From assembly GCA_016789625.1 (NCBI GenBank), contig JAEUQS010000494.1:1-36773 (forward strand): DNA of 36,773 nucleotides, read 5' to 3'. The stretch comes from Acidobacteriota bacterium. Lineage in GTDB: Bacteria; Acidobacteriota; Thermoanaerobaculia; UBA5066. Position 1 is the first letter of the stretch; the number at the start of each line of letters is the position of its first letter. This document shows, piece after piece, positions 9,157-17,188 of the stretch. The notes beneath the pieces were generated by a model. That model saw only the letters and a program-made list of their open reading frames with translations, made no database searches and was not told where the DNA came from. Position numbers and translations under genes: made by a program.

Positions 9157-9174
9157 GGGGCCCGGAGCGGCCCC
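9157..9174 (-). terminator. GC-rich hairpin (GGGGCC-N6-GGCCCC) at the 3' end of the ADOP gene. No U-tract.
   Basis: Perfect 6-bp inverted repeat read directly. It is followed on the minus strand by the 10-bp palindrome CATCCGGATG. With no T-run, intrinsic terminator function is uncertain. Confidence 0.25.
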
Positions 9175-11693
9175 TACTCCTGCCGAAGGGCCACGGCGGG
9201 GCTCACCCGGGTGGCACGCAGCGCGGCCACGGTGCCGGCGCCGAGAGCGGCGATCGAGAGCGTCGCGCTGGCCAGCGCCAGCACGACGACGTCGTGCGAG
9301 GAGACGCCGTAGAGCTGCGACTCGACGAGCTTCCCCGCCGCGAGCGAGAGCGGCAGCCCCACGAGGATGCCGAGGCCCGCCATGCCGCCGGCGTCCCGCA
9401 GCACGAGGCGGAGGACGCTGATGCGGGTCTCGCCGAGCGCGAGCCGGATTCCGAACTCGCGCGTCCGGCGGGCCACGAGGAACGCCACGACGCCGTAGAG
9501 GCCGATGGCCGCCAGCAGCGTCGCGAGGACGCCGAAGCCCGAGCACAGGAACGCCACGACGCGCTCGGCGGTGAGCGAGCCCTCCACCTGGACCCGCATC
9601 GTGCGCACCTCGAAGATGGGGAGATCGCTGGCGACGCCACGCGCCGCCTCGCGGATGGCCGGGAGGAGAGCCTTCGCGTCCTTCGCCGTGCGCACGTAGA
9701 TCGTCGCCTGGTCGAGCTCCTTCTGCTGGAGGAGCGGAAGGTAGATGAACGGCCGCGCCGGCTCGCGGAGCCCCATGTACTTGAGGTCGCGGGCGACCCC
9801 CACGATCTGGATCAGCTCCTTGTCGGGATCCTCCTTGCGCCCGAAGTGCAGCGTGCGGCCCAGCGGGTGGGCCCCGTCGCAGTACATCTTCACGAACGCC
9901 TCGTTCACGACGGCGACCTTGGGGGCCTCGAAGGAGTCGGACGCGGTGAAGCCGCGGCCGAGGAGGAGCGGAATCCCGAGGGTCTCGAAGAACTCCGGCG
10001 CGATGGCGTTGACCGAGGGGTTCCGGTCTTCCCCCTTGCGGGCCTCGTGACCCACGACGGTCGTGGTCGAGCGCCAGTCGTTCCCCGAGAGGAGCGCGAT
10101 GCCCGCGGCGCTCGTGGAGACGACGCCCGGAACCGTCGACACGGCCTCCCGCACGCGCCCGAGGATCGCGGCCGTCTCCGCGCGGCCGTGTCCGTTGAGA
10201 GAGGGGTCGATCGCGAAGCTCGCGACGTCGGCCGTGCGGAAGCCCGGGTCCATCGTGGCGAGGGAGGAAAGGCTCCTCGCGAAGAGTCCGGCGCCCACGA
10301 GGAGAAGGAGCGACAGGGCCACCTGCGCGACCACGAGGGCCCGGCGCGCGCGGACGGCCCCGCGAGAGAGGGAGACGCTGCCCGCGCCCTCGCGGAGCGG
10401 CTCGATCAGGGAAGAGTCCGACGCTTGAAGCGCGGGGAAGAGGCCGAAGGCCAGAGCCGTGAACGCCGACACCCCGAACGCCACGAGCGCGACCCGGAGG
10501 TCGGGGCGGGTCGCGAGGTTCGCGAGGCTGCTCCCCTCGGGAAAGATCCTCACGATCGCGTCGCCCAGGAGCGACGCGACGAGGAGGCCGAGCGCTCCGC
10601 CCGAAAGCGCGAGGACGAGGCTCTCGACCAGCAATGGCTCCACGATCTGGCGGCGCGAGGCGCCCATCGCGAGCCGCACGGCCATGTCCCGCTGGCGGGT
10701 CGCGGCCCTCGCGAGGAGGAGGTTCGCGACGTTGGCGCAGGCGATGAGGAGCACGAGCGCGACGAGGCCCATGAGCACGAGGAGCGGCGTCTTCATGCGG
10801 TTGCGGAGCTCCGAGCGGCCGAGGGCGCCCGGCGCGACGAGGAGCACCTTCTTCACGAACTTCGCCCGGAACTCGGCGTCGGCGTCGGCCCAGAGAGCGA
10901 CGTCGCGCTCGTGGATCTGCTTGTAGAGGACGTTCAGCGCGGCGGTGGCCTTCTCGAGGGGAACGCCCGGCGCGAGGCGGCCCATCATGGAGACCCAGCG
11001 CGTCTTGCGGTCCTCGAGCTGGTCCCACGTGGGCGTGGCCCAGGCCTTCATGGTGAGCGGGAGGTAGATGTCGGGGAGCACGCCCGTCTCGAGCCCCGTG
11101 AAGCCGCGGGGCGCGACTCCGAGGATCGTGAAGGGGTGGCCGTTCACGAGGATGGGCTTCGCGAGCGCCTGCTCGTTCCCTCCGAAGCGGCGGACGAAGT
11201 AGCCGTGCGAGATCACGGCCACGGGGTGGGCAAGCGGGGTGACGTCGTCCTCGGGACCGTAGAAGCGGCCCCAGTGGGGCGTGAGCCCCAGCGTCTGCCA
11301 GGCGTTGCCCGAGAGGAGATCCCCGTCCACGCGCTCGGGCGAGGAGCCCACGGTCACGTTCACGGTGACCGGCAGCCGGCCGACGAGACCGGCGAGGACG
11401 CCGTTCGAGCCCTGCGCGAGGTCGCGGTACACGGGGTAGGAGAACGTCGCGTCGTTGTGGGTCCAGCCGATGAACGTGCCCTTGTCGTCGAACGTCACCA
11501 GCTCCTGAGGGTTCGGGACCGGGAGCGGGCGGAGCAGGAGCTGGTCGAGGAGCGTGAAGATGGCGGTGTTGGCCCCGATGCCGAGCGCCAGGGTGAGGAT
11601 GACGGTTGCCGTGAAGCCCGGCGTCTTCGCGAGCGAGCGCAGCGTCTGGTTGAGGTTCGTGTGGAGGAAGGTCCGGCTGCTACGGCTGCTCAT
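9174..11693 (-). CDS. ADOP-family permease (acidobacterial duplicated orphan permease; MacB-like periplasmic domain + FtsX-like, duplicated).
   Basis: 839 aa. The N-terminus LRSLAKTPGFTATVILTLALGIGANTAIFTLLDQLLLRPLPVPNPQELV is the typical ADOP/FtsX-like start. There are two FtsX-like 4-TM blocks. No adjacent ABC ATPase is present. Confidence 0.9.
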   Translation of the reverse strand: MSSRSSRTFLHTNLNQTLRSLAKTPGFTATVILTLALGIGANTAIFTLLDQLLLRPLPVPNPQELVTFDDKGTFIGWTHNDATFSYPVYRDLAQGSNGVLAGLVGRLPVTVNVTVGSSPERVDGDLLSGNAWQTLGLTPHWGRFYGPEDDVTPLAHPVAVISHGYFVRRFGGNEQALAKPILVNGHPFTILGVAPRGFTGLETGVLPDIYLPLTMKAWATPTWDQLEDRKTRWVSMMGRLAPGVPLEKATAALNVLYKQIHERDVALWADADAEFRAKFVKKVLLVAPGALGRSELRNRMKTPLLVLMGLVALVLLIACANVANLLLARAATRQRDMAVRLAMGASRRQIVEPLLVESLVLALSGGALGLLVASLLGDAIVRIFPEGSSLANLATRPDLRVALVAFGVSAFTALAFGLFPALQASDSSLIEPLREGAGSVSLSRGAVRARRALVVAQVALSLLLLVGAGLFARSLSSLATMDPGFRTADVASFAIDPSLNGHGRAETAAILGRVREAVSTVPGVVSTSAAGIALLSGNDWRSTTTVVGHEARKGEDRNPSVNAIAPEFFETLGIPLLLGRGFTASDSFEAPKVAVVNEAFVKMYCDGAHPLGRTLHFGRKEDPDKELIQIVGVARDLKYMGLREPARPFIYLPLLQQKELDQATIYVRTAKDAKALLPAIREAARGVASDLPIFEVRTMRVQVEGSLTAERVVAFLCSGFGVLATLLAAIGLYGVVAFLVARRTREFGIRLALGETRISVLRLVLRDAGGMAGLGILVGLPLSLAAGKLVESQLYGVSSHDVVVLALASATLSIAALGAGTVAALRATRVSPAVALRQE

Positions 11694-11752
11694 CGCCTGC
11701 GCCCTTGAGAACCTCGTGCCAGGGATTCGCCCGGAATTCGGGGCCCGGGTGT

Positions 11753-11769
11753 CCGCGTCTGGGACGCGG
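11753..11769 (-). terminator. Hairpin CCGCGTC-TGG-GACGCGG between the SBP5 lipoprotein and ADOP genes.
   Basis: Perfect 7-bp stem with a 3-nt loop, read directly. No U-tract. Confidence 0.25.
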
Positions 11770-11792
11770 TGTCCCGCAGCCGGGTCACGGGG

Positions 11793-13328
11793 TCACTTCG
11801 TCTCGAAGCCCATGTCCTGCGCGAGGACGTAGTTGTCGTTGCGCGGCGGAAAGAGCACGCCCTCGCGCACGAGGTAGACCTCGTCGTCGATGTAGAGAGG
11901 AACCCAGCCGAGGTCGTCCATGACGATCGCCATGATCCGCTGCAGGAGCGGGCCGCGCCGGCCCATGTCGAGCACCGAGAGGCTCTCCTCGATGAGGGCG
12001 TCCAGCTGGGGGTTCGAGTACTGCCCGGAGTTGGAGGAGCCCCACCGGCCGACCTGGTCGGACGAATGGACGAAGTTGTCGAGGAGGTCGCTCGCGTCGC
12101 CGGTCGGGCAGCCGTATCGCGAAAGGAAGAACTGCGCCTTCCGCGAGGTCACGAGGTCGAAGTACTCGGCGTCGGGCAGCACCACGACCGTCGTGCGGAT
12201 TCCCACGGCCGTGAGCAGGGCCCCCACCTTCGCGGCCGTCTCGGCGAGGAGGCGGCGGGCGTGCAGCGTGACGTCGATGCCGTCCGGATGACCGGCCTCG
12301 GCGAGGAGCGCGCGGGCCTTCACCGGGTCGAACCCGAGCTGCGGCAGGTCGGGGTTGAAGCCGAAGATGAACGACGGGACGATCTGGGTCGCGGGGGCTC
12401 CCGCGAGGCCGAGGTCCTTGAGGAGCGCCCTGCGGTCGATCGCGAGGCTGGCCGCGCGGCGCACGCGCACGTCGCGGAAGGGGCTCTTGCGGCGCTCGTC
12501 CGTCTCACCGTGCAGCGGGGTGAGGTCGAACCCGAGGGACTTCACGAAGATGCCGCTCTGCCGCACGGTGCGGTAGCCGGGGACGGCGTTCTCGCCCACG
12601 AGCCGGGGGCCCGTCTGCACCACGTCGGCGCGCCCGGAGCGCGCGTCCTCGAGGGCCTTCCCGGGGGTGCGGCCGAGGAGCAGCGTCACCCGCGAGGCCG
12701 CGGGTTTCTCGCCCCAGTACGCGTCGTTCCTCCTGAACGAGACGCGGGTGCCCGGCTCGAACGACTCCAGCGCGTAGGGGCCGGTGCCCACGAGGGAGCC
12801 CGCGAGGTTTCCCTTCAGCGCGTCGGCCTTCGCGATGAGCACGAAGCGGAGCTTGTTGAGGAGCACGGCCATCGGCGTCTTCGTGTGGAGCTCGAAGACG
12901 TGGTCGTCGAGCGCCTTCACGCGATCGATGTTCACGACGTAGCCCGAGGCCCCGAGGTTCGGGTCGGCGAGCAGCCGCTGGAACGTCGCCTCGACGTCGC
13001 GCGCCGTGAGGGGCGTGCCGTCGTGGAACACGGCCTCCCGCCTCAGGTGGAAGACCCAGGTGTGCGCATCGGGGTTTTCCCAGCGCACGGCCAGGGCGGG
13101 CCGCATCGTCATCTCGCGGTCGGCGGCGACGAGGGCCTCGTACGAATGCTGCAGCACCGAGTAGCTCGCGAGCCGGTTGTGGAGGTGGGGGTCGAGGGAG
13201 GTCAGCTCGAAGGACACCGAAACCGTGAGCTCCCGCGCCTTTCCCGACGGTCTCCCTCCGCCCCGGCAGGAGACGAGGCCGAGCAGGAGACCCGCGACGA
13301 GAGGGGCGACCGTGCGCGTGCGCCGCAT
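11793..13328 (-). CDS. Family-5 solute-binding lipoprotein (peptide/nickel-type ABC SBP fold), orphan.
   Basis: The real start is MRRTRTVAPLVAGLLLGLVSC (lipobox LVSC) at 13328. The track ORF 11793-14267 over-extends upstream across the neighbouring gene. SBP_bac_5-like motifs: FHDGTPLTARDV, GTGPYALESFEPGTRVSFRRNDAYWG. It sits 17 nt downstream of the GT-C gene stop. Confidence 0.9.
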   Translation of the reverse strand: MRRTRTVAPLVAGLLLGLVSCRGGGRPSGKARELTVSVSFELTSLDPHLHNRLASYSVLQHSYEALVAADREMTMRPALAVRWENPDAHTWVFHLRREAVFHDGTPLTARDVEATFQRLLADPNLGASGYVVNIDRVKALDDHVFELHTKTPMAVLLNKLRFVLIAKADALKGNLAGSLVGTGPYALESFEPGTRVSFRRNDAYWGEKPAASRVTLLLGRTPGKALEDARSGRADVVQTGPRLVGENAVPGYRTVRQSGIFVKSLGFDLTPLHGETDERRKSPFRDVRVRRAASLAIDRRALLKDLGLAGAPATQIVPSFIFGFNPDLPQLGFDPVKARALLAEAGHPDGIDVTLHARRLLAETAAKVGALLTAVGIRTTVVVLPDAEYFDLVTSRKAQFFLSRYGCPTGDASDLLDNFVHSSDQVGRWGSSNSGQYSNPQLDALIEESLSVLDMGRRGPLLQRIMAIVMDDLGWVPLYIDDEVYLVREGVLFPPRNDNYVLAQDMGFETK

Positions 13329-13345
13329 GAAACTGTCCGTTGAGC

Positions 13346-14830
13346 CTACTCCTGCCGGGGCCCGATGCGGATCTCCTTGAACGGACCCCGCTCCGAGGCG
13401 GAGAGAAAGCCGGGAAACGCGGAGGGGGCGAGCGGCAGGGCGGAGTCGAGGAGAACGACCCCGGCGCCCGAACGTCCGAAGAGCCCGTAGAAGGCGTCCT
13501 CGAGCCCCGTGGGGCGCGGACCGCTCAGCTCGACGACAGCAGCCCGATCCCCCAGGCCGTGGGTCAGGTAGCGGACGACGCTCGCGTCCTTGGCGACCAC
13601 GCAGAGGACCTTCGCGCCCTCTCCGGCGAGAGAGCGCGCGCGGTTTCCCATCGGCGTCGCGGCGGGGCTGAAGTACCGCTGTGCCTCGGCGTCCGAGGCG
13701 AACGTCGAGAAGTAGGCGTACCCGTGCGACCCGGCGACGACCGCGAAGAGCGCGAGCGCGAGGGCAAACGGCAGGCGCGCGGCGCCGATCGCGGCCAGGA
13801 GGAGGACGACCGGCAGCAGCACGAGGAGCCGCGTGAGGCTCGGCCCCGTGGCGCCGAGGAGCAGGAACCCCGTGGCGAGGGCGAACAGGGGGAAGCGAGC
13901 CGCGCCGGTTCGCAGCACGGAGACGAGACCCACGAGGGCGACGAGCGTGACGAGCGGATGCAGCGGGTGAATGCCCGCCAGCGTGAGGCTCACGGCGACG
14001 CCGTCGAAGAAATGGTGCGGCCCCGCGATCGCGTCGTAGGAATCGAGCGTCCCGAACGGCAGGAAGAGGGTCGCGCCGAGGTTGCGAAGAAGGCCGCCCT
14101 GGAGCGCATAGCTGCCGCGCAGGAAGAACTCCCGCGGCGCCTCGATGGCGTACAGGAGATTCGGGAGCGAGACCACGAACGCGGCTGCGGCCGTCGTTGC
14201 CGCGGACCGCAGAGCGCTTCTTCTGTCGCGCGACGTCCACAGCTCGAAGGCCACCCAGAGGACCCACGCGAGGGGCACGACCCGGAACGCCGTGTAGGCG
14301 TAGATCCCGAGACCCAGCACGGCTCCCGCGGCGAGCGCGTCGCGCCGCGACTCGCGGGATCCCAGCAGGAAGTACGTGAAGGCGAGGAGAAAGAGCGGCG
14401 CGGCGATCGCGCGGAGTCCGGCCCGCGCGTAGTGGAACAGCCAGACGCTCGTGGCTCCCGCGAGGAGCGGCAGATGGACGGGGATCGCCCGGTCGACCCG
14501 GCGAGCCACGGCCACGAGGAGCGCGACGCAGAGGAGGCCGCAGAGGCCGGACAGCGCCTGCAGGGCCAGGGTCGTGGGCGAGAGCACGGCCACCGAGAGC
14601 GCCTCGAGGTAGAGGTACAGCGTTTCCGCGGAGTTTCCGATCACGGTCGTGATCGGCTCGAAGCGCCCGCTCGCGAGGAGCGCCAATCCCCGGAGGGCTT
14701 CCTCGGCGACGTCGTTGTTGAGCCCCGAAGGGACGGTCTCGCGCCGCAACGCGAGCGCCCCCGCATAGAGGATCAGCCCGGTCCCGACGACGAGCGCTGT
14801 GCGCTTCTCTTTCGTCTTCTCCTTCGCCAC
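13346..14830 (-). CDS. Polytopic GT-C-type glycosyltransferase (ArnT/PMT, GT39/GT83-like).
   Basis: 494 aa with a GTG start. It has about 10 or more hydrophobic helices. The N-terminal loop VPSGLNNDVAEEAL...ITTVIGNSAETLYLYL resembles ArnT/PMT-type enzymes. The family call is by general resemblance only. Confidence 0.7.
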   Translation of the reverse strand: MAKEKTKEKRTALVVGTGLILYAGALALRRETVPSGLNNDVAEEALRGLALLASGRFEPITTVIGNSAETLYLYLEALSVAVLSPTTLALQALSGLCGLLCVALLVAVARRVDRAIPVHLPLLAGATSVWLFHYARAGLRAIAAPLFLLAFTYFLLGSRESRRDALAAGAVLGLGIYAYTAFRVVPLAWVLWVAFELWTSRDRRSALRSAATTAAAAFVVSLPNLLYAIEAPREFFLRGSYALQGGLLRNLGATLFLPFGTLDSYDAIAGPHHFFDGVAVSLTLAGIHPLHPLVTLVALVGLVSVLRTGAARFPLFALATGFLLLGATGPSLTRLLVLLPVVLLLAAIGAARLPFALALALFAVVAGSHGYAYFSTFASDAEAQRYFSPAATPMGNRARSLAGEGAKVLCVVAKDASVVRYLTHGLGDRAAVVELSGPRPTGLEDAFYGLFGRSGAGVVLLDSALPLAPSAFPGFLSASERGPFKEIRIGPRQE

Positions 14831-14851
14831 GAGGCAGCGATGTTAGGTTCG

Positions 14852-14885
14852 TTCAGCCCTGCGGGCCCCGAAACGCCTCCGGCGC
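14852..14885. repeat. Copy A of a 34-nt repeated element (TTCAGCCCTGCGGGCCCCGAAACGCCTCCGGCGC).
   Basis: 32/34 identical to 30955-30988. It lies in the 64-nt spacer directly 3' of the minus-strand CBM9/DUF5916 gene stop (14895) and upstream of the GT-C gene start. Confidence 0.85.
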
Positions 14886-14894
14886 CTCGATTTC

Positions 14895-17129
14895 TCACGG
14901 AACCCAGGCGTAACCCACCTTCGCGAAGAGCGTGCGGCTCTCGCGCGTCAGGTCGACGTGCTCGTCGCCCCGGGAGGAATCGGAGTAGCCGAGGAAGACC
15001 ACCGTCTGCGGGTTGAGCTTGTAGCTCGCGAGGAGCTGGGTGAACGCGCGTTTCGTGCGGGCGTCGACCGCCTCCGCGTAGAAAGCCGGGTTCCTCTCGA
15101 TGTCCGTGAGCTGCAGGGTGGCGCGCACGAGGAACCGCGTGTCGAAGCACCACGTGACGCCGAGCTGCGTGAGGTTCGCGGTGAAGAGCCGGCCCCGCGG
15201 AACGTCCAGCCGGCTCAGCGTGTGGTCGACCTGGAGCTTCAGATGCTTCCCGGGCGTGAACGTGACGATGGGGCGCAGGAAAAGGCGCGTGCCGAGCTGG
15301 GTGTTGGCGAAGTCGATCTGGTCGCCGAACGCCGAGTCCATCTCGAGCGACACCATCGCCAGGGGCTTCATCTCGAGGTACGCCCATCCGAAGTTCTCGC
15401 GAAACGTCACGCCGTTGTAGGAACGCTCCCGCGTGCCGCCGCCGATGCCGAGGTACGACTGGAGCGGGCCGTTGCCCTCCACGAAGCCTTCCCACTCCTC
15501 TTCGAGCTTGCGGCCGCCCGCTTCTTCATCGGTGCGGTCCCAGTCGCCGCCCACGCTGATGCGGGTGAAGAAGCCGCCCGCCTTCTTCGGCCGCCAGGTG
15601 TAGGAGCCGCCCACGACGGGTTGCCGGTAGTTCACCTGGGGGACGAAGCCCGAGTCCGCGCGGAACCGGTTGCCGATGTCGGTGTAGCTCGCCCGCAGCG
15701 TGAACGTGCGGGTCTGGTGGCGGTAGGAAAAGGAGAACGCCCGATCGCCGAACTGGCCCTGGGGCTGCCCGAACTCCGTGGCCGTCGCCTCCGGGTACTT
15801 CGTGGAGGAGCCCAGGACCTGCACGGAGACGGAGTCCTTCGGCGTGAGGCGCACGTAGGCGTCGGCGCCGTAGACGCTGTTGGCGTAGCCGGGGCCCTCG
15901 CGGCCCGTGTAGAGGACGCCGACGTTCGAGGCCTCGCCGAGGTCGTAGCGGTAGCGGAACGCGGTGTCGAGGCTCTTCCCCTCGACCGTCGTCAGCTCGG
16001 AGCCCTCGCTGCCGGGGACGATGAGGTTCGTGCGGGCATCCCGCGTGATGTAGAGGCCCAGCGCGCTCCGGCCCTGCTTGCCCGTGACCTTGGCGCCCCA
16101 GTCGGGGTCGGCGATCGTCCGCGTGTAGACGGCCTGGATGGGCGTCGAGAACGTGTCGGCCCCTTCCAGGAAGAACGGCCTCTTCTCGGGGAAGAACAGC
16201 GCGAACTGGGTGTTGATGTCGAGCTGGGCAGAGTCGGCCTCGATCTGCGAGAAGTCGGGGTTGAGCGCGCCGTTGAGCGTCAGGTTCGGCGTGATGCCCC
16301 ACTTGGCCGAGAGGCCGGGATCGAAGTCCCATTTCCCGGGCTCCAGCCCTCCGCCGGGCCCGAGCTCGTCGGTGCGGTGCACGGTGACCGTGGGCGAGAC
16401 CTCGATGTTGCGGCCCGGGTCGATTCGGTCGAAGCCCGTCATCTTGGAGAACTGGCAGACGTAGCAGTTGCGGTTCCGGCTCTGGGGCTGCGTGCGGAAG
16501 AGGTAGCGGCTGTTTCGCGGGTAGATGCGCAGCACGTCCACGCCCCAGGTTTGCGGGGTCTCGCTGCGGCGAAAGCGCAGCGAGGAGAACGGGATCGCCA
16601 GCTCCACGACGTAGCCGTCCGCGACGATGCGGCCCGCGGAGGTCCAGAGCGTGTCCCAGCTGTCGTCCTCGTTGCCGCCCTGGGTGTCGTCCTGGACGAG
16701 GTCCATCTGGACGCCGAGCGGGTTCACGAAGAACTCGAAGCCCCGCCGCTCGTCGTTGTAGGTGTCGAGGACGATCCCCACGAAATCGTTCGCGTAGGCC
16801 CGGTCGCGATCGGTGTACTGCGCGCGGATGAGCTTCGGGTCGGGGTCGTACGCGTGGATGCCCACGTAGAGAGCCTTGGCGTCGTGCGTGATGAAGGCCT
16901 CGGTCCTGACGAGCGCCGGCGTGTTCTCGCCCGGGTTCACCTCGAAGGGAAGGAGCACGGGCGTGACGCCCTTCCAGGCCTCGTCGTCCAGCACGCCGTC
17001 GACCTTGACGGGGACCGTCGCGCGCGGCACGGAGAAACGCTGCGGGCCGGGGAGGGTTTCGGAACGAAGGGGGACGGAGCCGAGGAGAGCCGCGACGAGA
17101 GCCAATGCGGCCGGAAGGCGAACGTTCAT
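14895..17129 (-). CDS. Secreted carbohydrate-binding family 9 (DOMON-like) + DUF5916-type protein.
   Basis: Start MNVRLPAALALVAALLGSVPL (signal peptide) at 17129. The track ORF extends spuriously to 17345. Motifs: VKVDGVLDDEAWKGV, FITHDAKALYVGIHAYD, NDFVGIVLDTYNDERRGFEFFVNPLGVQMD. The long C-terminal beta-rich region ends ...AKVGYAWVP. Confidence 0.8.
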   Translation of the reverse strand: MNVRLPAALALVAALLGSVPLRSETLPGPQRFSVPRATVPVKVDGVLDDEAWKGVTPVLLPFEVNPGENTPALVRTEAFITHDAKALYVGIHAYDPDPKLIRAQYTDRDRAYANDFVGIVLDTYNDERRGFEFFVNPLGVQMDLVQDDTQGGNEDDSWDTLWTSAGRIVADGYVVELAIPFSSLRFRRSETPQTWGVDVLRIYPRNSRYLFRTQPQSRNRNCYVCQFSKMTGFDRIDPGRNIEVSPTVTVHRTDELGPGGGLEPGKWDFDPGLSAKWGITPNLTLNGALNPDFSQIEADSAQLDINTQFALFFPEKRPFFLEGADTFSTPIQAVYTRTIADPDWGAKVTGKQGRSALGLYITRDARTNLIVPGSEGSELTTVEGKSLDTAFRYRYDLGEASNVGVLYTGREGPGYANSVYGADAYVRLTPKDSVSVQVLGSSTKYPEATATEFGQPQGQFGDRAFSFSYRHQTRTFTLRASYTDIGNRFRADSGFVPQVNYRQPVVGGSYTWRPKKAGGFFTRISVGGDWDRTDEEAGGRKLEEEWEGFVEGNGPLQSYLGIGGGTRERSYNGVTFRENFGWAYLEMKPLAMVSLEMDSAFGDQIDFANTQLGTRLFLRPIVTFTPGKHLKLQVDHTLSRLDVPRGRLFTANLTQLGVTWCFDTRFLVRATLQLTDIERNPAFYAEAVDARTKRAFTQLLASYKLNPQTVVFLGYSDSSRGDEHVDLTRESRTLFAKVGYAWVP

Positions 17130-17188
17130 CTGCCCCGTACTACGCAGCGCGAGTCGTTTCGTTTCGCGCCTTCCGTACACTCCCCGGC

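Noticed and set aside
14852-14885. The two differences between the repeat copies (G..C vs C..G) as a compensatory base-pair change supporting an RNA stem.
   Set aside because: The two positions would close only a 2-bp stem around a 7-nt loop. The alternative hairpins I could draw are not preserved in both copies, so the evidence is insufficient.
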